A stretch of DNA of 48,636 bases from Welwitschia mirabilis (Eukaryota). The first letter of the stretch is position 1. Every line of letters begins with the position of its first letter. Made by a program: the position numbers and the translations under genes. The notes beneath the pieces were generated by a model, which had not been told where the DNA came from, searched no databases, and saw only the letters and a program-made list of their open reading frames with translations. The stretch lies in the NCBI GenBank assembly GCA_051453625.1, contig JBOZIK010000001.1, forward strand, positions 24,869,997 through 24,918,632, given 5' to 3'. Below, in pieces: positions 37,879 through 48,636 of the stretch.

Positions 37879-40407
37879 ATGGCTGCTACCGACGTCGCCA
37901 TGGGGGAGAGTGAGACTTTCGCATTTCAGGCCGAAATCAATCAACTGCTGAGTCTCATCATCAACACTTTCTATTCTAACAAAGAAATCTTCTTGCGAGA
38001 ACTTATCAGCAATGCTTCTGATGTAAGTTTTGCCTCCTTGTTTCAAACCTTTTAATTGTTTGCAGGTTTTGTCGACAACGCAATTCCTGTTTCGAAATAG
38101 TAAGGCTACGAATTCAAAATTTTCGGGTTTGCGGATTCGTTTTTGGTAACTCTTCTGAATCGATTTTTTGTTATTGTTTTTAGGCGTTGGACAAGATTCG
38201 CTTTGAGGGATTGACAGACAAGAGCAAATTGGAAGCTCAACCAGAGCTCTTCATTCGGATTGTGCCTGACAAGGCCAACAAAACGCTCAGTGTTATTGAC
38301 AGCGGTTGTGGCATGACTAAGGCCGGTAAGTTTTGGGCTGCTTCAAATCCACCCCCTTTTTTTTCCGTTTTCTGAAGTTTTATGTTCGAATTTTAAGCGA
38401 TTTCATATGCAAATGTAGATTTGGTAAACAATCTGGGGACAATTGCTCGTTCTGGAACCAAGGAATTCATGGAGGCCTTACAGGCCGGGGCTGATGTCAG
38501 TATGATTGGTCAGTTTGGAGTCGGATTTTACTCGGCCTATCTTGTAGCGGAGAAGGTTGTTGTCACCACTAAACACAACGATGATGAACAATATATCTGG
38601 GAGTCTCAAGCAGGTGGCTCCTTTACTGTCACCAGGGATGTCAATGGTGAGCCCCTTGGCAGAGGCACCAAGATTACCTTGTTTCTCAAGGACGATCAGG
38701 TAAGTCTTCTTGTTTGCAGTTATGTTAATCTGTCATGTGTTCCTATGTGTGTTTGATCTACGTTAGAAGTTCATTCTTCAAATCTGTTTAGAGGATTTAG
38801 TGTAAATCCTTAAATATCTGAGGAAAAAATCTTTGGGTCTATTTTTGCAGTTGGAATATCTCGAAGAGAGGAGGCTGAAAGATCTCATTAAAAAGCACTC
38901 CGAATTCATTAGCTATCCGATCTATCTGTGGACAGAAAAGACGACTGAAAAGGAGGTAAGCGACGACGAAGAGGAGGAATCTGCAGAGAAGAAGGAAAAA
39001 GAAGGTGATGTCGAGGAGGTCGAAGATGAAGACAAGGAAAAGTCGAAGAAGAAAAAGAAGGTGAAGGAGGTGTCACATGAATGGGTGCAGGTCAACAAAC
39101 AAAAACCAATCTGGATGAGGAAACCCGAAGAAATCACAAGGGAGGAATATGCTGCCTTCTACAAGTCACTGACCAACGACTGGGAAGACCATTTGGCGGT
39201 GAAACATTTCTCTGTGGAGGGGCAGCTGGAATTCAAGGCCATCTTGTTTGTGCCAAGGAGGGCACCCTTTGATCTCTTCGACACTCGCAAGAAGCTCAAC
39301 AACATCAAGCTCTATGTCAGGAGGGTCTTCATCATGGACAACTGCGAGGAGCTCATTCCAGAGTACCTTGGTTTCGTGAAAGGTGTTGTGGATTCTGACG
39401 ATCTGCCTCTGAACATTTCTCGTGAAACGTTGCAGCAGAACAAGATTCTGAAGGTCATTCGCAAGAACTTAGTCAAGAAATGTATCGAGCTGTTTAATGA
39501 GATTGCAGAAAACAAGGAGGACTATGCCAAGTTCTATGAGGCCTTCTCGAAGAACATCAAATTGGGCATCCATGAGGACAGCCAAAACAGGGCCAAGCTT
39601 GCAGAGCTTCTGAGATTCCATTCTACCAAGAGTGGAGACGAGACGACTAGCCTCAAGGACTACGTTACTCGCATGAAGGAGGGTCAGAAAGATATCTACT
39701 ACATCACTGGTGAGTCCAGAAAGGCAGTTGAGAATTCTCCATTCTTGGAAAGGCTCAAGAAGAAGGGATATGAGGTGCTTTTCATGGTTGATGCCATTGA
39801 TGAATACGCTGTGGGACAGTTGAAAGAATATGACGGCAAGAAGCTGGTTTCGGCCACAAAAGAGGGGCTAAAACTAGAGGAAACAGAGGAGGAGAAGCAG
39901 AAGAAAGAAGAAAAGAAGAAGTCGTTTGAGAACTTGTGCAAGGTCATGAAAGACATTCTGGGTGACAAGGTTGAGAAGGTGGTTGTTTCAGACCGTATAG
40001 TGGAGTCTCCGTGTTGCCTTGTGACAGGTGAATATGGATGGACTGCAAACATGGAGCGTATTATGAAAGCTCAGGCGTTGCGTGATAGCAGCATGTCCTC
40101 GTACATGACTTCCAAGAAAACCATGGAGATCAATCCGGAGAACTCCATTATGGAGGAGCTCCGAAAGAGGGCTGAGGCCGACAAGAACGACAAGTCTGTA
40201 AAGGATCTAGTGCTTCTCTTGTATGAGACTGCCCTGTTGACATCTGGATTTTCTCTTGACGACCCCAACATGTTTGCTGGTAGGATTCACAGAATGCTGA
40301 AATTGGGTCTTAGCATTGACGAAGAAGCAGATGCTGATACCGACATGCCGGCTTTGGAAGATGACACTGCTGCACAAGAGGAATCCAAGATGGAAGAGGT
40401 TGATTAA
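37879..40407 (+). CDS. HSP90-1: Cytosolic heat shock protein 90 (HSP90.1/HSP83 type), 707 aa, 4 exons: 37879-38022, 38184-38325, 38419-38699, 38851-40407
   Basis: The spliced frame is open across three GT-AG introns (38023-38183, 38326-38418, 38700-38850). It reads [55 protein letters not shown]...[14 protein letters not shown]...GQFGVGFYS and ends in MEEVD. Three introns and the short N-terminal extension match the inducible HSP90.1 subtype. Confidence 0.97.
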
Positions 40408-41851
40408 GTCACCTGAAAACGGATTCTTAGATGCTGCTACGTTGAATTAAACTTGGTTTGTCTGGTTTTTGCTTACGTTAGGCTACTGAAAGTTTTGCTA
40501 GTCTAATAATTTGTGTAGTAGTCTTGATCTGAATGTAGCGTTGTGGCCTCTTATGTAATGTTGTCATTAGCTGATGATAGTTTTGAATGTAATCTTTCTA
40601 CATGTAAAGAATAGATGTTTCTGCATATCGTTCTGTTCCATATCTGTTACCCTGTTAAAAACTACTTTACACAATTAACAATAAGGATGGAGAAGACGGA
40701 ACCCAGACGATTAGCAAATATACTAATTGTTTCATGATATTGCTTTAACACCCATGGAGAAGTCTACTTTGAAATCGGGAGAAATCCAGCAGCTTTGAAA
40801 GGATGGCGTTAAATCTTCATGTCCATTGCTGCCAATCTGATTGAAATAATTTTGGGCGTTGTCGTGAAGTATTTCGCCTATTCTAGTAGATTAAGACCCT
40901 AGTTTTGCCTACTTTGAAAGGTTCCGAGGCGTTTCAGCGTGGAAATTGTTGGGCTGGAAATGATTCGTTGTTAAAGGCGGATGACGCTTCGTTTTGGAAT
41001 CATGACTTGGTATTGAAAATGGTTCGACTGTGATACGATTCTGGTGAAAAGTGTCCCTTCTACCGAAGAGGGGCGTTGCCTCCATGCTTGACGTTAAATG
41101 ATCCGAAGATGATCTTCCAATGCACTATTCCGTATCGAATGTTATCCTTTTTTCAAATAGGAAAAATAAAATGCTAACTAAAAGGCTTACGGAGACCTAG
41201 GGCTATTCGACATCAGATGACGATCTTGTTTTAAATTAGGAAAAATGAAAGAAAACCAAAATGATTACAAAAACCTCGGTTTTAGGTTTTATTCTTGAGT
41301 GGATCTGAATTCTTAAGTAAGGACTCTGAGCGCGGTGATCTTCGCGGCCAATCCCTAACGCTGCTACTTAGAAGATAATTACTAAAGTGTCGTCCCAATC
41401 CTTGGTAACACCGAGGAGGAGAAAAGGGCCAGCTAGGGTCTGGTCCGCAAAAAGACTCTATCCTCTTACCTTCGCAATTTCTGCTTTTTGCAACGATTTC
41501 TAGCACAACAAAAGGCAACCTCCCAAGGGTCTGTTCGTTGGTAAGAACCAAAAAAGCTTTGGATGAAGAAAGAAGCGATCAAGAAGAAGCACCGTATAAA
41601 TCATGTCCGCGTTAGGCCTGAGATAAGGGAAAGAATCCTACGAGGTGTTAGCTCTGACTGTGAGCAGCTCTCAGTGAGGCTCCTCCAAATGCGCAGTGCG
41701 AAGCACATTCTCGCGGGATCGACTGCCACATCGTTTTCTCATGTGAAGCGCTTTTGTGAGGTCGAGAAAGCAAGGAGAGTCTTAAAAATCGTTTTTCGCG
41801 CTGCATGTGGAAGTACGGCTTTGTGTGTGGTCAGGGTTAGCTACATCTAAA

Positions 41852-41952
41852 TTTTTTTTTATTTTTTTTATTTTTAGCATTCCCTAACAAAGGAATTGAA
41901 CTTGGAGGTTAATGCCTCTCGCACAGATGTCTTTACCGCTAGACCAAAGGTC
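41852..41952 (-). mobile_element. Short tRNA-derived SINE (or tRNA retrocopy) with A-rich tail
   Basis: Minus strand: A box TGGTCTAGCGG (41946-41936) inside a GTCT/AGAC D-stem, B box AGTTCAATTCC (41902-41892), then TAAAAATAAAAAAAATAAAAAAAAA. Confidence 0.68.
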
Positions 41953-41989
41953 TATAGACTAAAAGTCTTTAAAGAAAAAAGGAATTGTT

Positions 41990-43800
41990 AGGGAAGATAT
42001 TTAAATTATTTTCCATTTCATTTTAAGTATTAATTTTTAAGAAAGTTGTTGGAAGACAATGAAATTGTTGATAAGTTTTGTAGGTCATTTTCCTTTTCAT
42101 CCTAAGCATCAAATAGAAAAGAGTGGAGTTATTAATTTATAAGTTAGTATTAATTGTGGAAACTTATAAAATAATGTTTTAGTTACTCACTTGCACAATT
42201 TGAAAGTAGTAGCTCCAAAGATGATGAAGTGGAAGAGCTTTTTGTGGTCATGGAAGACGAAGTACTCATAGAGAATGCAACAATGGAGGATCCTCATAGT
42301 GGAGAATGCGTGGACATGTAGACAAATTTGTGATGTTATGCAAGGAGTAGTGTGTCTTATTAAAGAAGAATTTAAAAGAAGGGAAGTTGGAACCAACTTT
42401 GAAAATTGCATGGCTATGATGGGAGATTATGATGATAAAGATATAATTGTAAATGATGATAGAAGCCAGTCTGGTGCATTGATAGTGGTTGTACTCATTG
42501 CGTGTGAGGTGATTGAAATATTTTCTCTAGCTTAAATGGAAATAAAAATTATATAATGTATGTTGGAGGAAATAAAAAATTCCCCATTGGAGGTGAAGGC
42601 TAGGTGAAATTTCACTTTTTATTGGAGTTCCTTCAATAGCTTGTTTTTGTTGATAGACTAATGGAATCCCTTGGCATTTCCTGGACAAGGGTATGGTGGG
42701 TAGTATGGACTTTGTTGATAAAATGAATGTGTAGAAGGTGGTCTTGATCTAAAAGAAGGATGTGGTCGTTGAAATTGTCATCGAGGTGTTATTAAACTTC
42801 TTGCTTTTCTTTGATTTTATATTTTTCACAAATTCCAATGTCAAGCATTACTTAGATGGATATTTTGGGTTATCATAAAGATAGCAAACTTACGGGTTCG
42901 TTATTGGTGTGATTTTAACCATTAGCTAGGTTGATATCTTCTTGCAATTTTTTGTTAAATTTTCCATCATTTTTCCAATTTCCATTGATGCGATCAAATT
43001 TTAAGTTCCTTATAGTTGTCTTATAGGCCATCCCTAACTTTGGTCTACCAATGAGTTTAGGATTTGAAAAGCAACTTGGTGAGTTATGTTGAGAATATTC
43101 CCTTTTAAAGCTAAATTGACATGTTTTCATACATACTTGTTAAATCCTCTAATAAAAATTTGCAAAAGGCGATGGGATGGAAATCCATGATACAGGTTTC
43201 TCATACATAAATATTTGAACCTTTCCTAAGTTGTTTTCTAGTCTTTGTTTTCTTCTTGTTGAAAGCTCATTAATTGTTCGTATAGTTTATTATCCAAAAG
43301 ATATTTATGGAGGAATGCATTTTTTGACTCCCAATTTTTACTGCGTGTTCGCAAGGTTTGTAATAAAAAGCTAGCCTTGTTCTTAATAATCGATTTGAAT
43401 GTTGCCCTTGTGATTTGTTTATTGCAGTGAGTGCTGACATGGTTAACAATGTTTTGAAGTCCTTATGACTCTTAGGATCCTCATGATTTGGACCTTTAAA
43501 TGCTAGTCAAACTTAATTTCAACATCGTGTTTGAATGGATAAACAAGTGGTCCATTTGGTAGTTGATCTTTTTGATGTAGTTAGAATCTAAAGTCTCACC
43601 CTCATTTCATCTGTGGTTCTCTAGGTTGAATGAACAATGGACAGATAGGTGGGATTGGTGAAGGTCCTATCTCCATTCCTCCTCCTCCTCTTAAAATTGG
43701 TTTAGGTGGTTTCGCAGGTAGTTTTATTTTAGTATAATACAAAAATTAATTTCCTCCAAATGCTGAGTCGAGTATTGAAGGTTGAGTCTAAGTTAATCAT
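41990..43800 (-). pseudogene. Athila-like gag remnant related to the family C element
   Basis: Minus translation has GPNHEDPKSH, LMSFQQEEN, ERFKYLCMRNLYHGFPSHRLLQIF and KHVNLALKGNILNITH. Similar to 27300-27430. Confidence 0.72.
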
Positions 43801-44015
43801 ATTATATGTGTTCTATAGACAACACGCGATGCAAGTTGTTGAGATGTTGTGATGGTTGTTTAGACAATCTCATTGATTGACTATATTCATTACTTTTACT
43901 TCCATTTTCATTCCTATATTGTTTATAATAGGAAATGTAATAAGTATGCACTTAGACGTATTGATGTTGAAGTGAACATTGAACTCACTAGCATGATTAA
44001 TTTAAAGCTCACTAT

Positions 44016-45254
44016 TGTGGTGTGTATTTGTGCAAATATTACGTCTTTAAACAAATCATGAAAATCATCAAAATATATATATTGCATAATGCAACACAGT
44101 AATAGAGATGGGGTTGACCAAAATGTCATAATTTTGTTGAAGGCACAAGCGAGAAGAAGGAGAATTGATTTTAAAAAATGCTTATGTAATATCTAAGTAG
44201 AACAACAACAATGCAAAATAACAATGTAAATAAGCACTATGTAAATGAGATGCAAGTTCTGTTATAAATGCAATATCTATTCGATTACCAAATCAACCTG
44301 TCACGGAGATCGGTCCTATATAATCTAGATGAACCAAGGAAAGTTGTCACCAGACCATGACTAACCTAAGCTATCAGGTGTGTTAAACAGGATATGAAAA
44401 CGATGCAAAGTTAATTTAGGAAATGAAATGCAATGCACCTAAACTAACAATGTCAATCTTCATAAAGGTTGTCCTCTTGATCTATATCATAGATGAAGCT
44501 ATCATAGAATCAAAAGCAACATAAACCATAAGGGAGATGCACATAACAAATGATATGAAAAGGAAAATAGAGTTTTGATTAAGTCGAATCAACATCCATG
44601 TTATAAAATAGTAGCACCTCAATGAAGGATACATAGTCCGACATCAAAGAAGACGTTTCTCTGCAACAACAAAGGATGGACCTTCTACCCTTCAATCTCC
44701 TGTCATGGGAATTTCCAATGCCAAAAAAGATAAATCTAGAGTCAAGGGTGAAGGAGGTCTTTATTACAAAATAGACTTTAAAAATAATGCATACTAATAG
44801 ACGCAGTGAAAATCCGAACCCTAATAGCCACACAAGAAGGTGCAATACATATGATGAAAGTTTGGTGGAGTTCGATGACGTATTATTTTTAGGTGTTGTC
44901 CCGCTGGTCATCTGTACATCACATGAGACAATGCGATATCATACAGGTCCCACATCAACTGCCAGATGATAAGTACTTTTGTCATCTGTCCAGTCATCCT
45001 GATGATAAGGTGGATGATGGGCTTTAAAAAGATGTTTTTTGTGTTGGATTGACCTATTTAATTATAGGATTGCTGCTTCAGATCGGAAGTATTATGATTT
45101 GCTTTAAATGTTGTTAAATGTACTGAAGATTACATGCTTTTGTGATATCTGTCTTACCTCTTCATTATCATTGAAACTAAGCATAAACATGCCTAATGTC
45201 TTGCAAAACTACTCAAAATACCCTATCAAATATATAAAATTTGATAGTGCAACA
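44016..45254 (-). repeat. 3' LTR (TG...CA, about 1.24 kb)
   Basis: Plus strand begins TGTGGTG and ends GTGCAACA. The adjacent minus-strand PPT is AAGTGAAGGG (45267-45258). No TSD, so not a solo LTR. Confidence 0.78.
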
Positions 45255-45799
45255 TAGCCCTTCACTTAGCTTTGTCAGGCCTTGATAAAGCCAGGTGAAC
45301 AACTATGATTGGAAGCCAAATTGACTAATCATAAATCAACTTTAGAACTGTGAAGTATACTTAGAGATAATCTTAGAAATCTCAGAATGCAGAACAAAAA
45401 TGTGAGGAACAGATAATTAAACATTTCACCTATGAAGTGTAAGTGGTCGTACTGTTGTCATGATGGTCGTCCAGATGATAGAGGGGATGACAGGCTCAAA
45501 AATTGATCTTAAAAAAATAGAAGCCTATGAATTTTTTTTTAAGAAGATAAACATTAAAATGGATCACTATTAATAGTCCCCTACTCAAATATACAATAGA
45601 TACTAAAAGTTTATGCATAACATAAAAAATCCTCATCATGAAGTGTCAAAAAAATGATATGTAAAAGATGTGCATAATATCCAGCAATAACGATATACAC
45701 CATGGTGATATACTCAAAAAATGATATGTTTATATAAATAATGAGTTTTTATACAATCCACAGAGGGAAGATACATAATACAATTGTATTAAATCACTC

Positions 45800-47027
45800 C
45801 TCTTGTAGTGTTATGATGAACTCCTGATGCTCACAGCAGGCTCAAGTGCAGGTGGAGAAGAAGGAGGGTGCTTAGGATCTGCAGGAAACAATGGTCTAGT
45901 GATATCGTAATGGAATGTGCTATTTAGTCTCCCTATACTCTAACTACCGCTAGGAGGTTAACTGTCATACTGTGCTCAATACGTAAGATGCGCTGATGCA
46001 TATCAACCAACTGCTCCTTGGTGTTCTATACTCTTCTCTCAACCATAAATATTCTTTACTCAAGTATAGTGATGCCTTAGTCTACCGTCTCTTTGATGCT
46101 CTGTGTCATCTCTGCTAGAAGAGCCTGAATCTATTCAAAAGTGATACCGGCTGTAGGTCTCTGTACTTGAGGCCTCTCTGCCTCCTTTAGTATTTGAATG
46201 CCCATATCTTATAGGTAGCGAGCTGAAGTCTGAATATGTATAAGTCTTTGGTCGCCCACAAGCTTAGGTATACCGAAGCATCTACACATAGTTGAGAGGA
46301 GGCAAGGATATCCCAGAGCTTGTAGCTGTCGTGTCTCAATCACTCTTGAGTCTTCTCCAAATGAAGGTAGGTACATTCATTTGCTCCTCGTGTCTAAACA
46401 CTGTTAGCATCTGAAGGTGAATAACTATAGCTTGACTGTCATGAAATAACGGGTTGATGTTATGAATTACCCCTCTATGAAGAATCTGATAATTAGGCGA
46501 TAACTGTGTCACCAAAACTCCCTGTCTATCAGTAGTCAGGTTAGCTGGAATATCTAATGCTGTGCCATAAGCACGATGCTCCTCTGTACCACCTAGATCA
46601 GTAAGAACAATAATGTGGTGGGGCAAAATCGTGATTTGATGGCTGCAAATGGTAGCTACAATCATATCAACAAGTTGGTCATGAGCACCGAGATACCTCT
46701 CTATATGTATAGTATCATAGAATTCTTTGGTCTCTGAAATGAATATACGCCTTGTGCATTTATGATCGACCAGAGTTTTAGATCCGTCAGCCTCTAATCC
46801 ACCTATGGCTCTAATCATCTCATGAAGTCCCCAAAATGTCTCTCTACACGAATGATAATTGTCTAAATCGAGAGAGACTTAGCTCCACGAGATGGAGAGT
46901 GGACTAGCTTTGCCTGCTTAACCTTTGGTGGTGCCAATAGGCCCGCCTCCTACTTTAGTGCTTCGGCCTTTGTCTCAGCTTATCTCGCTCTACGTGTGCA
47001 TGGCCTAATCAGTCATTAACATGAAAT
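45800..47027 (-). pseudogene. Accessory ORF of the second family A-related element; the best-preserved copy in the window
   Basis: Includes ORF 46336-46818 (ETKEFYDTI...VIHNINPLFHDS...MNVPTFIWRRL) followed by YPCLLSTMCRCFGIP. From memory it resembles the plant transposon protein / Athila ORF families; no search was run. Confidence 0.65.
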
Positions 47028-48636
47028 CCATCATGCAAGATCAAGTGGAGATAGCTAAAATATATCACGTGGAAGCTTTAAATGACCTCATAAAACGGTT
47101 CTTAATGTGTAAAAATCATAAAAATACATTCCAGCCTCCTCCTCAAAAATAAAAAGGTATAAAACTAATGGACCCCACATAAGGTAAAAAATAAAAGTTC
47201 CCAAATGAAAAATCTAATCCAGTAGAGTTGTAAAGCTTATTGTATTGACCAATTTTTCCTATAGGACCATAACATTTCGACTTACAGTTCTTGAGAAAAT
47301 GAGGTTTAAAGTAAAAAACATAATTCTACCTCGTAAAACGCATAATTCAAGATAACTTGTAACATACGTGGTGAAAATCAAATCCGTAAGTTCCAAATCA
47401 AAGAGCACAAAAAACTAAACGACATATGTGAAAACTATGTGCAGAAAGGCTAAAAAATGCAAGAACAAATTGAAAATAAGGAGGGAGAGAAAAACATACC
47501 TCATTTTTTAAAATTCGTTGAAAATTCACAATTTGGGGTACTAATCTGACTGGAGAAAGTTTCACAACATTGCTAGGGACTGGAGTGACTATTTTCTCTT
47601 AGATGAACAGATAAAAATGACAGAGAATGGGAAAAAATAAAGGAAAAGAAATTGACCCGCGGTTTTATTGCACTGTCATTCGGTCGCATTGTCTGGATGA
47701 CAACACTAGGACGACTGTTAAAAAAAATATTAGTTGTTACTCTCCATGTTTTTTGGACAACTGAATGATGAGACTTTAAAAAATTTTTAGAAAAATGAAG
47801 ATGTCACCTGACTAAGTTAGACTTAGATATTAATGTGAAGGTATTAGATTTTATCAGAAAACGTGAAAAATAGGGAATGATGATGAATTGTGACGAGTGA
47901 GGATAATGAGGAAAACTCAAAGAAATCGAAAGATAGAGTGATAAAAATGCACTGAGTAGGATGAAGCCTGACAAAGAAAATTGAAGAAATGTGCCCGAGC
48001 TGAAAAATACTCATAAAAATATGTGGAACTCTAAAAGACTCAAAAGGAATCTCATAAAAATCGTGAAGAATTCATCTAAGAATAAGAGAAGATTATCTAA
48101 TTAAAATGCTAAAAAAAGTCAACTTTTTATCAATAAAATAACACAAGTGAAAATGAAAATAATATGAAGGAAATTATTGAATGATAAGGTCTTAAAAATG
48201 ATGATAAAAAGTACGAAATGACTTTGAAACAACAAACTAAGGAATTGGACACTAAGACCATGAGGAAGATAGCTTACCTACCTAAATGCTAACCTAGCAA
48301 ACCCACTTAGAAGACATCATAAAGCCACATGAGTAAAGATGCATGACTAAACGTATCAGCTCCATAAAGTTTCATTAGAAAAGATAGTGATTATGACGAC
48401 ACAATGGACCAAGTACTCAAAACAATGAAGGATAAGATTAAAATCTTCTTAGAAATGAACTCACCTGTTCACATCTCAAAACACACTTGAATCCTCAAAA
48501 ATGAAATGATCATGTGGGAATACTAAGAGTCTAGGAAACAAGCAACGCCTCTGATGATACTAAGAATACCAATAATCCTATAACCTTAAACTTTATTACT
48601 ACTTTTGATGATGAAGGGAGTACAACCATAGTTAGA

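Larger units (their letters stand above)
44016..48636 (-). mobile_element. Second family A-related Athila-like element: 3' LTR, PPT, accessory ORF and 3' non-coding region; continues beyond the right edge
   Basis: The LTR is homologous to 12986-14072. About 46100-48636 is collinear with 1-3340. Confidence 0.82.

Noticed and set aside
37517-38046. 144-aa and 83-aa ORFs over the HSP90 promoter and exon 1
   Set aside because: They overlap the HSEs, TATA box and true exon in other frames and have no recognisable motifs.
38922-40271. Antisense and alternate-frame ORFs over HSP90
   Set aside because: Shadows of the HSP90 codon pattern (poly-Ser/Phe opposite Glu/Lys runs); no independent signal.
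44016-45254. Solo LTR, or partner of the 12986-14072 LTR in one giant element
   Set aside because: No TSD (actat versus tagcc), a PPT and internal region continue to its right, and the two LTRs are too diverged and have their internal regions on opposite sides.

Overview
Plant nuclear DNA (probably a flowering plant; draft scaffold with several N gaps). It holds one intact host gene, a 4-exon cytosolic HSP90 of the heat-inducible HSP90.1/HSP83 type (37879-40407, +), with heat-shock elements and a TATA box. Nearly everything else is old, nested, C>T/G>A-eroded LTR retrotransposon. This comprises minus-strand Athila-like Ty3/gypsy sequence (1-14072, with two pol segments), a SIRE-like Ty1/copia tandem unit (14073-20520), a non-autonomous Athila-type element (20538-26499) and a plus-strand Athila-like element (26500-34700). 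It also includes a copia gag remnant, a tRNA-derived SINE, another gag remnant, and a relative of the first family entering at 44016. The most notable pattern: three different retroelement families each carry a related accessory ORF downstream of pol, and each has its own CpG-centred motif with paired sites about 18-20 bp apart. These motifs cluster upstream of the accessory ORF and, where an LTR is visible, in the LTR. That suggests, as an untested hypothesis, an element-encoded sequence-specific regulatory or anti-silencing system. All TE boundaries and alignments were read by eye and are approximate.
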